Assembly (NCBI GenBank): GCA_965218885.1
Contig: OZ244713.1
Span: forward strand, 2,104,638-2,168,637
DNA length: 64,000 nt
Source: a bacterium
GTDB taxonomy: Bacteria > UBA8248
Direction of reading: 5' to 3'
This document shows positions 19,052 to 29,420 of the stretch, piece after piece (the first letter of the stretch is position 1; each line of letters begins with the position of its first letter). The notes below the pieces were generated by a model. It worked only from the letters and a program-made list of their open reading frames with translations. It ran no database searches and was not told the DNA's origin. A program made the position numbers and the translations under genes.

Positions 19052-20314
19052 CTACCCCATGACGCGGCTGATAATCCGCTCGACTTCCGCGTCGGTCGCC
19101 AAGCTCTTCTCCTCGATCAACGCCCGAACGCCCGAGATGATCCGGTCCATCTGGGCCTCGTCCGCCTTTTTGCCCATCTGGTTCACCTTGGCGTCCAGGG
19201 GGCTGTCGGAGCCCTTTTGAAGCGCCGTGGGTCCATACACGATGCGCCTGCCGGCGCCGACGGTCTCCGAGCGCAGGTTCTCCCACAAAAACCAGTCCCC
19301 GCGCAGAATGCCGGGAATGTGGAGCCCGCCGTAGCTGAACATGTTGTGCCCCACCACCGGGGCGTTCTCGGCGACGGGAATCTCATAGAGTTCCGAGACG
19401 AGGCGGCTGAGTTCGGTGATTTTCTTCAGGTCGATTCCCGTCCGATACCCGAAGAAATACTCCAGCCCCACGGCGATCTGCTCGAAGCCCGCGTTGCCGC
19501 AGCGATGCCCCGTCCTGTTGATGCACACGTCGCACCCCATGGCGCCCGCCCTGATGCCCTCGAACGTGATGGCCGTGGCCAGGCCGAAATCGTCATGCGC
19601 ATGAACGGACACCTCTATCTTGTCATCGCTCGCCACACGCACGGCATGGACCACCATCGCCATCGTCTGCGGGAGGAACCACCCGCGCGGATCGTAGCAG
19701 ACCCACCTGTCCACGCCGGCGGCGACGGCGCGGCGAATCGTCTCGGGAATCAGGTCCGCGCGTGGATGATCCGTGCCGAAACCCACCTTGAGGCCCTTTT
19801 CCTTCGCGTAGGCGATGCACTCCTCCATCCGCACGAGAAACGACTCGCCCCGGAGCGTCGGGTGAAGCGCTTCTGTCATCGTGTAGCCCTGCATCCCTAC
19901 GAAATTCACCATGTCGGCCCCGCAACCGGCGATGCCGTCGATGTCGGATTTCCAGTTCGGGAGCCAGCAGCGCGCGTGCATGCCGCAAATGATTTTGGAG
20001 CCGCGCTTTTTGAGTTCACTCACGAATTTCTGATCATCGGGCAGCGAGCCGTAACCCACCTCGGCCTCCTGCACGCCCGCCTCATCGAGCAACTCGGAGA
20101 TCCGCAGCTTCTTCTCCACGCTCGCGTAAACGCCCGGCGTATTCGCGCCCGAGCGCAGCGTGTCGTCGCGCAAGACGATGCGCCGGGGCTGCGCGTTCAC
20201 GGCGTCAGGCACGGCCAGGGAGTTCATCGGGCTGGTTATCCAGCGGTGCTGCTCATCCAGCCGCGCATCGAGGTTCATGGCGTCCTGATCGACCCAGGAG
20301 GGAATCTCTTCCAT
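19052..20314 (-). CDS. DRE-TIM metallolyase (pyruvate carboxyltransferase/HMG-CoA-lyase-like domain protein).
   Basis: RDDTLRSG at the N-terminus resembles the RDGxQ motif. The HxH metal site (VHAHDDFG) is typical of HMGL-like/IPMS-fold enzymes. Confidence 0.55.
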   Translation of the reverse strand: MEEIPSWVDQDAMNLDARLDEQHRWITSPMNSLAVPDAVNAQPRRIVLRDDTLRSGANTPGVYASVEKKLRISELLDEAGVQEAEVGYGSLPDDQKFVSELKKRGSKIICGMHARCWLPNWKSDIDGIAGCGADMVNFVGMQGYTMTEALHPTLRGESFLVRMEECIAYAKEKGLKVGFGTDHPRADLIPETIRRAVAAGVDRWVCYDPRGWFLPQTMAMVVHAVRVASDDKIEVSVHAHDDFGLATAITFEGIRAGAMGCDVCINRTGHRCGNAGFEQIAVGLEYFFGYRTGIDLKKITELSRLVSELYEIPVAENAPVVGHNMFSYGGLHIPGILRGDWFLWENLRSETVGAGRRIVYGPTALQKGSDSPLDAKVNQMGKKADEAQMDRIISGVRALIEEKSLATDAEVERIISRVMG

Positions 20315-20905
20315 GGCGTCTCCAAATCCGGTTCAGTTACGCAAACCTCTCCGAGGGAAGCCTTCCGACACCTTCATCGGAAGCAGTAGAAATTCCCCGC
20401 AAAGATGAAGAGGTGAATTGTGATTGACGAATTGATTACAACACGATTCCCCATGGGCGCGCAATCCAAACCAGCCTCCGGAACAACTACTGAAAGACAA
20501 TCCTCTCCACCCTCTTTCACCAAGCGCAAGAAAAGGCGGGAGAACGAACCCTGGTTCGGATTGGCGCGGCGTCTGAGCAGGATGGGTTGCGCGACTTCGC
20601 TAAGGCCTTTGCCCAAAAGCGCAAAACTCGTGTAAAACTTCTTCTCGAAAACCCCGGATCGACATATCCGCACCATCTTGACGCTGCGCCCAGGAAGCGG
20701 AATGCGCGTGTGGTTTTCCCCTGAAGTTGTAGCGAAAAACCCGGGCGTTGCATGAGTTGGTGCGTTCGCCTCCAAAAACGTCCCGGCGGTGAACGCGCGC
20801 TTGCGAAACGCCTCGCCTTGTACGAAGAACAGAAAACGATTTTGACGGATGAGTGACGCGCCTTTCCGTCCCCTAAATCCACCCAAGTGAAGGAGAGAGA
20901 ATTTC

Positions 20906-22690
20906 ATGCCGGCCGGACGCACGAAAGCGAGCTCGAAAAAAGCGGCCTCGCGCCGCAAACCCATGAAGCGGCGCGCTTCCTCGGTGCCCGATCCGGTCGC
21001 GCTCGAGGTCTTCTCGAACGCCCTGCTCTCGGTGGCCGAGGAGATGGGCGCGGCGCTCATTCGCACGGCCTATTCCACGAACATCAAGGAGCGCCAGGAC
21101 GCCTCGACGGCCATATTCGACGCCGAAGGCCGCCTCATCGCCCAGGCCGAGCACATCCCCATGCACCTGGGCGCGATGCTGAGCATCATCCGCAACATTT
21201 TGAAGCGTTACCCGCTCGAGGAACTAAAACCCGGCGACGCTTTTCTGGCGAACGACGCCTATCACGGCGGCGGAACCCACCTCGCCGACGTCACGGTGGC
21301 CTCTCCGGTGTTCGAGGGTAAACGACTCATCGGCTTCGTCGCCAACATGGGCCACTGGCCCGACGTGGGCGGCATCAAGCCGGGCGCCGCGATGACCGAG
21401 GGCTGCAACGAGATATACCAGGAGGGCTTGAGGATACCGCCCATGAAAATCTTCAAAGAAGGCGAACTGCAAGAAGACCTCTTCTCCTTCATTCTCCTCA
21501 ACATGCGCTTTTCAGAAGACAGGCCGGCCGACCTCCGCGCGCAGGCCGCATGCAACCAGCTCGGCGTCCGCCGTCTCCAGGAACTCAGCGAGAAATACGG
21601 GGCCGAGCGTTTTCTCGAACTCGTGGAGGGCGTGCTCGACTACAACGAGCGAACGATTCGCTCGAAGATCAAGGAACTGCCCGAAGGAACATGGGACTTC
21701 GAGGACCAACTCGACGACGACGCCCACGTGCCCGGCCCGGTTCCCCTGAAGGTGACGCTCACCATCTCCCACAGCCCCGAGCCGCACATGGTTTTCGATT
21801 TCACGGGTTCGAGCCATCAGAGAACGGGCGGCGTGAACGTGGTCTACGAAGCGTTGTTCGCCACCGTCGCCTACGCGCTCAAAGCGACCATCGACCCCGA
21901 ACTCTGGTCGAACGCGGCTTTCGAGCGCGTGGTGAGGCTCGTCGCGCCCGAGGAGAGCATCGTGAACCCGAACGCGCCCGCGCCCGTGGGCGGACGCGGC
22001 ACCACCTGCCAGCGGCTGGCCGATCTGCTCATCGGCGTCATGTCCAAAGTGGCGCCCGAGCGCGTCTGCGCCTGCGGCCACGGCACCACCTCCATCAACC
22101 TCCACGGCTTCGACACCATCCGGCAAAGGCCGTTCATCTGCATCGACGGCATCGGCGGCGGCATGGGCGGCCGCGATACGAGCAATGGCATGGACGCCGT
22201 TCAGATTCACACGAACAACATACCGAACCTGCCGGTCGAGATTCTGGAGAGTGAATATCCCATCCGGGTGGAGCGCTTCGAACTCGTACCCGACAGCGGC
22301 GGCGCGGGACGCCACCGGGGCGGACTCGCCACGCGCAAGGATTTCCGGATGCTCAGCGACACGGGCTTCATCGCGCACGCCGACCGGCACGATTTCTCCC
22401 CCTGGCCTCTTTACGGCGGCAAAGAGGGGGCCCGGGGAATTCATCTGAAAAATCCCGGTGAGGAGAACGAAACGAAGCTGCCGAGCAAGGGCGGCCCCCT
22501 CGAGTTTCGAGAGGGCGAGGTGCTTAGGTGCCAGTCGGCCGGGGCCGGTGGATACGGCGATCCGGCAGAGCATTCCCCCGAAGAGTTGGCGATCGATCTC
22601 GCGGACGGGAAAATTTCGCTCGAATACGCCAGGGCGTCCTACCCGGAACCACTGGTCGCCGAAGCGCTGAAACGCAAGGAGACGCTCTAG
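20906..22690 (+). CDS. Hydantoinase B/oxoprolinase-family protein (HyuB-like; acetone/acetophenone carboxylase-type subunit). This is pair 1.
   Basis: 594 aa of the HyuB family. The next gene starts 3 nt after the stop. Confidence 0.8.
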   Translation: MPAGRTKASSKKAASRRKPMKRRASSVPDPVALEVFSNALLSVAEEMGAALIRTAYSTNIKERQDASTAIFDAEGRLIAQAEHIPMHLGAMLSIIRNILKRYPLEELKPGDAFLANDAYHGGGTHLADVTVASPVFEGKRLIGFVANMGHWPDVGGIKPGAAMTEGCNEIYQEGLRIPPMKIFKEGELQEDLFSFILLNMRFSEDRPADLRAQAACNQLGVRRLQELSEKYGAERFLELVEGVLDYNERTIRSKIKELPEGTWDFEDQLDDDAHVPGPVPLKVTLTISHSPEPHMVFDFTGSSHQRTGGVNVVYEALFATVAYALKATIDPELWSNAAFERVVRLVAPEESIVNPNAPAPVGGRGTTCQRLADLLIGVMSKVAPERVCACGHGTTSINLHGFDTIRQRPFICIDGIGGGMGGRDTSNGMDAVQIHTNNIPNLPVEILESEYPIRVERFELVPDSGGAGRHRGGLATRKDFRMLSDTGFIAHADRHDFSPWPLYGGKEGARGIHLKNPGEENETKLPSKGGPLEFREGEVLRCQSAGAGGYGDPAEHSPEELAIDLADGKISLEYARASYPEPLVAEALKRKETL

Positions 22691-22692
22691 CC

Positions 22693-24816
22693 ATGGCCTC
22701 GAGAAAGAAAGAAAAATATCGCGTCGGCATCGACATCGGCGGCACGTTCACCGACGTCGTCCTCATGGGAGAGGAAGAGGGGCTCATCGCCTCCTACAAG
22801 GTGGACACGACGCCGGTAAATCTGGAGGGCTGTTTCGTGGGCGGACTCCTGAGGGCGACGAAAGGCATATCCCCAGAAGAGGTGGGGCGCATCCTCCACG
22901 CCACTACGGTGGCCACCAACACCGTTTTGGAATCAAAAGGCGCGCGCACCGCCCTGGTCACCACCCGGGGGTTTCGGGACATTCTCGAGATCGCCCGCCA
23001 GCGCAGGCCGAGTCTGTACAACTTACAGGAGGTGAAGGCCAAGCCCCTCATCCCCCGGCGGCTCAGCTTCGAGGTGAACGAGCGGCTGGGATGGAACGGA
23101 GACGTCGTCACCAAACTGACGAAAGCGGAACTCGACCGGCTAGCGGATGCGCTCGATGCCTCGGGCGCCGAATCGGTGGTGATCGCGCTGTTGTTCTCCT
23201 ACGTGAATCCAGCCCACGAGCTTCGGGTGAAAAAACATCTCCTCCGCGCGCTTCCGGGCCGCCACATCGTGGCCTCCTCGGACATCACGCCCGAATTCCG
23301 CGAGTTCGAGCGAACCAGCACGGCAGCGCTCGTCGGCTACCTGAAACCCATATTCGCGCGCTACACGGAAAGGCTGCACGATGAGGTATCCAGGCTCGGC
23401 CACCGCCCCGAAAAGCTGCTCATCATGAACTCCGCCGGCGGGCTGATGTCGCCGGCATCTGCGCGCGAACGCCCCCACACGCTCATCGAATCGGGCCCCG
23501 CGGCGGGCGTCATCGCCGCCACCGTCCTCGCGCGGGAGATCGAAGAACCCGACATCATCTCCTTCGACATGGGCGGCACCACCGCCAAGACGAGCCTGAT
23601 CGAGGGCGGCGTCTACAAGACCACCACCGAATACGAAATCGGGATGGGCATGCACCAGTCCCTGGCGGTCCGTTTTACGGGATATCCCGTCAAGACGCCC
23701 GTCATCGACCTGACCGAATGCGGCGCGGGCGGCGGCTCCATCGCTTCGGTGGACGGCGTGGGCGTTCTGAAAGTCGGCCCCCACAGCGCGGGTTCGGAAC
23801 CAGGCCCGGTCTGCTACGGGCGCGGGGGCGGGGAACCCACCGTCACGGACGCCAACCTCGTTCTGGGCCGCCTGAACCCGGATTATTTCGTCGGCGGAGA
23901 ATCGCGTCTCCATCTTGATTACGCGGAAAAGGCCATCGAAGAGAAGATAGCCGAACCACTCGGGCTATCCACCATGGAAGCCGCCGCGGGTATCATCGAA
24001 GTCGTGAACGCCCACATGGTTCGCACCCTGCGCGTGATCTCGGTCGCCAGAGGCTATGACCCGCGCGATTTCGCGCTCATCAGCTTTGGCGGCGCGGGCC
24101 CCCTGCACGCGGCCGACCTGGCGAACGAACTCGGCATACCGCGCATCATCATCCCCGAGGCGCCGGGCGTTTTCTCCGCCCTCGGCCTGCTCTGGGCGGA
24201 CATGAGAGCGGACTTCACGGCCACGACCCGACTGAGCCTCGACAAAGAAAACGCGGAGCGAATCGCCGCTCTCATGGCCGAGCTCGAAGCGGAGGCGGAC
24301 GAATGGCTCAAAGGCGAAAAGGCGCCCCGGACGAAGCGCATGCTCGTGCGCTCGGCCGACCTGCGCTACCCGCTTCAAAACTATGAGATCAACGTGCCGC
24401 TGCCCGGCGGAAAGATAGGCCCCGCGTGGCTCGGCAAGGCGCGAAGGGCGTTTCACGACGCGCATCTGCGCCAGTACAGCTATTGCGATGAGGCGGAAAG
24501 CGTTCAGGCCGTGACCCTTCGCGTCTCGGCCATCGGCCTCACGGATCGCATTCGCCCGAAAAAAATCGCCGCTGGCTCCCAAAGTCCCAAGGCGGCGTTC
24601 AAGGGCGAGCGGGGGGTGCATTTCCAGGAGGCCGGAAATTTCATCGACTGCCCCATCTATGAACGGGAGTTTCTGAAAGGCGGAAACCGGGTTCAAGGCC
24701 CTGCGGTCATCGAACAACCCGATTCCACGGTGCTCATCCCGCCCTCGTTTCGCGTGGAGGTGGATTCTCTGGGCAGATTCGTTATGACGCGCAAGAAAAC
24801 GAGCCGGACGAAATGA
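22693..24816 (+). CDS. Hydantoinase A/oxoprolinase-family protein (HyuA-like ATPase). This is pair 1.
   Basis: The N-terminus YRVGIDIGGTFTDVVLM is the hallmark ASKHA-fold motif. Confidence 0.85.
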   Translation: MASRKKEKYRVGIDIGGTFTDVVLMGEEEGLIASYKVDTTPVNLEGCFVGGLLRATKGISPEEVGRILHATTVATNTVLESKGARTALVTTRGFRDILEIARQRRPSLYNLQEVKAKPLIPRRLSFEVNERLGWNGDVVTKLTKAELDRLADALDASGAESVVIALLFSYVNPAHELRVKKHLLRALPGRHIVASSDITPEFREFERTSTAALVGYLKPIFARYTERLHDEVSRLGHRPEKLLIMNSAGGLMSPASARERPHTLIESGPAAGVIAATVLAREIEEPDIISFDMGGTTAKTSLIEGGVYKTTTEYEIGMGMHQSLAVRFTGYPVKTPVIDLTECGAGGGSIASVDGVGVLKVGPHSAGSEPGPVCYGRGGGEPTVTDANLVLGRLNPDYFVGGESRLHLDYAEKAIEEKIAEPLGLSTMEAAAGIIEVVNAHMVRTLRVISVARGYDPRDFALISFGGAGPLHAADLANELGIPRIIIPEAPGVFSALGLLWADMRADFTATTRLSLDKENAERIAALMAELEAEADEWLKGEKAPRTKRMLVRSADLRYPLQNYEINVPLPGGKIGPAWLGKARRAFHDAHLRQYSYCDEAESVQAVTLRVSAIGLTDRIRPKKIAAGSQSPKAAFKGERGVHFQEAGNFIDCPIYEREFLKGGNRVQGPAVIEQPDSTVLIPPSFRVEVDSLGRFVMTRKKTSRTK

Positions 24817-24835
24817 CGACGCTAGCCGCGCGCCT

Positions 24836-26554
24836 TCATTCGCCGCGCAGTTTCATCGTCGAGGCTTCATCGAGCGCACCCGCTTCATCGACCGCGACCC
24901 TGTAGACCTCCCGCGCGCGCTGGGGAGAGATTTTCCCGTCCCGCACGTCGAGAGCCACCAGAGCCGGTTCACGCTCCTGCGGCGGACCGTGCCCTCCCGC
25001 TCCGGGAGTGACGTGGACATACACCGTTCCTTCGGGTACGTGAATCGTCTCGTTTCCCTTGAGACGCTTCTCGTTCGGGGTGTCGGGGTCGAGAACATTC
25101 TGGCAGATGGTGCCGTCGTGACCACCGTGAAGCCCCCACGGGGCGTGTTCCGCCCTTCCTGAGCGAACCTGGAGCACTCCGCCCTCGGGCGCGAGAATGC
25201 GAATCTTGCGCCGCACGCCCAGACCGCCCCGAAACTTCCCCGCGCCCTCCGAATCGGGCTCGTAGCCGTATTCCTCCACCAATACCGGATAGGTGCTCTC
25301 CACCATCTCGACGGGCGAGTTCGCCATGTTGGCGGCGACGTTCGCCACGCCGTCGATGCCGTCCATGTGAGGATGACCGCCCCAAGCGCCGACGAGCGCT
25401 TCGCTGAGTATGCTGGGCGCGCCTTTTTTCGTAGCGCCCACCGTATAGCGCGTGGTGCCGCCCTCGCTCGCCGCCCTTACCAGATGCGGAGCCGCCTGCC
25501 CCAGGGCGCCGAAAACGCAATCCGCCACCCGGTAGCCCACCACGCCCATCGCGCCCACGGCCGCCGGGAAGCTGGGATGAACGAGCGTTCCCTCGGGCGC
25601 GACGAGTCGCAGCGGGCGGAAAAAACCCGCCGAGTTGGGAATCTCCTGGTTCATGATGGAGCGCACCGCGAGATAAAACGCCGAGCGCGAATACGCGAGA
25701 GGAGAGTTGATGGCGGTGGGCGCCTGTAAATCCGTGCCCGTGAAATCGGCGGTCAAATCATCCCCGTCTATCGTGACGGTGACGAAGAGGCGCTGCGGCC
25801 CGCCATCCATGCCGTCGTTATCGAGCCAATCCTCAAAAGAATAGACGCCGTCGGGCATCGCGGCGATTTCCGCGCGCGCCATCTTCTCGCTGCGGTCGAG
25901 CAAGCCCGCCATGGCGGCGCGCATCACCTCGTTGCCGTAGCGCCGCGCCAGGGCGGAAAAACGCCTCTCCCCCAGGCGGCAGGCCGTGAGCTGGGCTTCC
26001 AAGTCGCCGAAAAAATCTCTCGGAAGCCGGGAGTTTTTCTCGATCAAGGCCATGAGCGTCGCATCGCGCTTCCCGCCGCGCTCCAGCAAGAGGGGCGGGA
26101 TCCTGAGGCCCTCGGCGAAAATCTCCCGGCTGTTCACCGGAACGCTTCCCGGCACGTGGCCGCCGACGTCCGTCATGTGGGCCATGGCGACCGCATGGCC
26201 CATCAATTCATCGGCGCAGAATATCGGCGTGACGAGCACGATGTTGGGCAGGTGCATACCGCCCTCGTAGGGGTCGTTCATGATGAGGGCGTCGCCCGGG
26301 CGGAGGTTTCCCTCGAACCGTTTGAGCATGGCGGCCACAGCGGTCGGCAATGCGCCCAGGTGAATCGCCATTCCCACGCCCTGAACCACCATCTCCCCTC
26401 GCGGGTTGCAAAGCGCGACGGTGAAATCGAGCAGGTCGCGGACCAGGGGGGAATAGGCCGTACGAACGATGACGGCGGCCATTTCATCGGCCACGCTGAA
26501 CAATCCGCGTTCCACGACGGAGGTCGTCACAGGGTCCAGACGCTTTTCAAGCAT
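24836..26554 (-). CDS. Hydantoinase B/oxoprolinase-family protein (HyuB-like). This is pair 2, transcribed divergently.
   Basis: It is a paralog of 20906-22690. The start is chosen at MLEKRLDPV (26554), which has a GGAGAA RBS. Confidence 0.75.
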   Translation of the reverse strand: MLEKRLDPVTTSVVERGLFSVADEMAAVIVRTAYSPLVRDLLDFTVALCNPRGEMVVQGVGMAIHLGALPTAVAAMLKRFEGNLRPGDALIMNDPYEGGMHLPNIVLVTPIFCADELMGHAVAMAHMTDVGGHVPGSVPVNSREIFAEGLRIPPLLLERGGKRDATLMALIEKNSRLPRDFFGDLEAQLTACRLGERRFSALARRYGNEVMRAAMAGLLDRSEKMARAEIAAMPDGVYSFEDWLDNDGMDGGPQRLFVTVTIDGDDLTADFTGTDLQAPTAINSPLAYSRSAFYLAVRSIMNQEIPNSAGFFRPLRLVAPEGTLVHPSFPAAVGAMGVVGYRVADCVFGALGQAAPHLVRAASEGGTTRYTVGATKKGAPSILSEALVGAWGGHPHMDGIDGVANVAANMANSPVEMVESTYPVLVEEYGYEPDSEGAGKFRGGLGVRRKIRILAPEGGVLQVRSGRAEHAPWGLHGGHDGTICQNVLDPDTPNEKRLKGNETIHVPEGTVYVHVTPGAGGHGPPQEREPALVALDVRDGKISPQRAREVYRVAVDEAGALDEASTMKLRGE

Positions 26555-26662
26555 GCGTTCTCCGTGCCAAGATGGTTCAAATATCAAAGTAGAGCGGGAA
26601 GCTATCATAACACCACGGTGGGACGCCATTCCCGGGCGCTTCCGCCTCCAGAAATCGAGATC

Positions 26663-28759
26663 ATGAGCGGACAATCTTTTCGAATCGGGGTGGACATCGG
26701 AGGTACGTTCACCGACATCGTTGTAATCGACGAGCAGGGATGCGTTCACACGGCCAAAGCCATCTCCACGACGGACGCCTACGAGCGAGGCATCCTGGAA
26801 ACGCTTGAAAATCTGCTGGCGGAGAACCGCTTATCCACCGGAGACTGCGCCGAGGTGGCCCATGGAACCACCGTGGCCACCAACGCCATCATCGAGCGCG
26901 AAGGCGCGCGGACCGGCCTCATCACGACCCGGGGTTTTCGGGACGTCCTCGAGCTGAGGCGAATCCGCATCCCCACCCAGTATGACTTGAACTGGACGAA
27001 ACCTCCGCCTTTGGTGGAGCGGTTCCTCCGCGCGGAAGTGCGTGAGCGAATGAGCCACACGGGCGAGGCGCTCGAAGCCCTGGACGCGGATTCGGCCCGA
27101 AGCGCCATCGCCGAACTCACCCGCCAGGGGGTGGAATCCATCGCGGTCTGTCTGTTGAACGCCTATGCGAATCCCGGGCATGAGCGCGCCGTGCTCGACA
27201 TCATCCGCGCTGAAAGCCCGGGCGTCGACGTCTCCATCTCCTCGGACATCCTGCCCGAAATGAGGGAATACGAACGCACCAGCACGACGGTCATCAACGC
27301 TTTCGTGATGCCGGTGGTCAAGCAGTATCTCGAATCGCTCGAAGCGGGCCTGCGCGCCCGGGAGTTCACGGCCCCGCTGCTGATCATGCAGTCAAACGGC
27401 GGAATCATGACAGCGGAAGTGGCCCGCGCGCAGCCCATTCACATCATCGAATCAGGACCCGCCGCAGGGGTCGTCGCGGCGCATCACCTCGCCAGGCGCA
27501 TTAACGTGAACAACGCCATCACGATGGACATCGGAGGCACCACGGCCAAGGCGAGCCTTATCGAAAACGGCGAGACGACATACTCCCCCGAATACGAGGT
27601 CGGCGGCGGATTCTCCCAGTCGAATCGCCTCGCGCGCGGCGGGGGCTACCTTCTGCGCGCCCCCACCCTCGATATCGCGGAAATCGGCGCGGGCGGCGGC
27701 AGCATCGTCTGGATCGACAAGGGAGGCGCTCTGCAGGTGGGACCCAAGAGCGCGGGCGCGAATCCCGGTCCCGCATGTTATGGACTCGGCGGCGAGGAAC
27801 CCACCCTGACGGATAGCTGCCTGCTCTTGGGCTATCTCGATTCTGAGGGCATCGCGGGCGGTTCGGTGAAGCTCGATTCATCCGCCGCCGAGCGCGCCCT
27901 CGGCGAGAAAGTGGCGAAGCCTCTGGGTCTCGAGATCACGACGCTCGCCCACGGAGTCGTTCAGATCGCGACGTCCAACATGACGCGGGCGATTCGTTCG
28001 GTCTCCACCGAGCGCGGCAAGGACCCTCGGGATTTCAGCCTGTTCGCCTTCGGCGGAAACGGGGGGCTGTTCGCGGCCTCCGTGGCGCGAGAACTGGAAC
28101 TCCCCCAAGTGGTCATTCCCCCTTCTTCGGGTATTTTCTCCGCCTTCGGGCTGCTTTATTCCGACCTGGAGCACCACTTCACCCAAACCCTTTTGGGAAG
28201 AACGGACGAACTCGACCCGGAGTCGGTCGAGGCCTATTGGGCGCATCTCGAGGTCGAGGCGCGCGATTTGCTCTCCAGGGAGGGATACCCGGGCGAGAGA
28301 TGCCGCCTCCGCAGGCGCGGGGAGCTCCGCTACTACGGGCAAACGCATGAGCTGTCGATTCCCTGGCCCGAGAACGGCTCGGCCGGCGATGCGCTCGCGC
28401 AAGCCTCCGAGGCCTTTGAAGATGAACACGAGCGCACCTACGGACACCGGGGAGGCGACGGACTCGTGGAACTGGTGAACCTCCACCTGGTCGCCACGGG
28501 CGTTCCCGAAACGCCGCGTTTCCCCGACTCGCTCTTGTTCCCGGAAATCCTGAAAACCAAGACGGGCGAGCGGCAAGCCTATTTCGGCGCCGAGATGGGC
28601 TGGGCCGCCGCGAAACTCATCAACCGCTCCATGCTCGATGAAACCATGACAAAAGGGCCTTTCATCTTACAGGAGTTCGACGCCACCATACTCGTTCCCC
28701 CCGATTTCACCGTCGCGAGGGATGCGTTCGACAACATCATCATGCGGCTTGAACGATGA
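26663..28759 (+). CDS. Hydantoinase A/oxoprolinase-family protein (HyuA-like). This is pair 2.
   Basis: The N-terminus FRIGVDIGGTFTDIVVIDEQG is the HyuA motif. It is a paralog of 22693-24816. Confidence 0.85.
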   Translation: MSGQSFRIGVDIGGTFTDIVVIDEQGCVHTAKAISTTDAYERGILETLENLLAENRLSTGDCAEVAHGTTVATNAIIEREGARTGLITTRGFRDVLELRRIRIPTQYDLNWTKPPPLVERFLRAEVRERMSHTGEALEALDADSARSAIAELTRQGVESIAVCLLNAYANPGHERAVLDIIRAESPGVDVSISSDILPEMREYERTSTTVINAFVMPVVKQYLESLEAGLRAREFTAPLLIMQSNGGIMTAEVARAQPIHIIESGPAAGVVAAHHLARRINVNNAITMDIGGTTAKASLIENGETTYSPEYEVGGGFSQSNRLARGGGYLLRAPTLDIAEIGAGGGSIVWIDKGGALQVGPKSAGANPGPACYGLGGEEPTLTDSCLLLGYLDSEGIAGGSVKLDSSAAERALGEKVAKPLGLEITTLAHGVVQIATSNMTRAIRSVSTERGKDPRDFSLFAFGGNGGLFAASVARELELPQVVIPPSSGIFSAFGLLYSDLEHHFTQTLLGRTDELDPESVEAYWAHLEVEARDLLSREGYPGERCRLRRRGELRYYGQTHELSIPWPENGSAGDALAQASEAFEDEHERTYGHRGGDGLVELVNLHLVATGVPETPRFPDSLLFPEILKTKTGERQAYFGAEMGWAAAKLINRSMLDETMTKGPFILQEFDATILVPPDFTVARDAFDNIIMRLER

Positions 28760-29420
28760 ATTTCATGACGCGGGCGGAGAAAACCCCGGTTTTAATGAAA
28801 ACGGGGATCAGGCGGAACCCTGCTTCTTCAACAGGGAAGTCCGCTTCAGAAAAACGATGATGAGGTAGATCAAGCCCAAGGCCAGAAACATCAGGCTTAT
28901 CGGCTTGCGGAAGAAAATCCCTGGGTCGCTATCAGAGAGAAAAAGAGACATTCCGCCCGCATAGACAGAGAGCGGTCTTCATCAGCGATGAAATCCCGTT
29001 ATCCATTGATATCATTGGGAAACTTGCATTGTTCCCAGTTTCGTTCGAAACCTTCCTTCCGCAGCGTGTAGTCAAACCGAAAGCGGATGAATAAAAACTC
29101 CCGCGCATCCCGGAGGGTATCTGTCGAATCATTCTCCGCTTTTCCAGAAAAAGCCCGTCTCGCAACGGATTGCCTGCGACGGGCTGTACGTCTCTTCTCG
29201 CCGGGGGCTAGGGGTTCATGCTCAGGCGGGTCGAGGAGGCCGGCCGGGACGTACGGCCGCGCCTCGCGCACGACGCCTGCGATGATGTTTCAGGGGTTCT
29301 GTCCGCGCATCCGGTTCGGCGCCGGCAGGCATGAACGACTCCGGGTTCGCCCCTTTATGGTTCGCGTATGTATGGGTATAGTGCTTGAAAATTCACACTC
29401 TCATAATAAGAGCAAACCAC

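Noticed and set aside
17425-19062. 545-aa plus-strand ORF, very Arg/Pro/Gly/Asp-rich.
   Set aside because: It is antisense to the well-supported ABC permease gene (17266-18996) and is a typical high-GC shadow ORF with no domain-like pattern.
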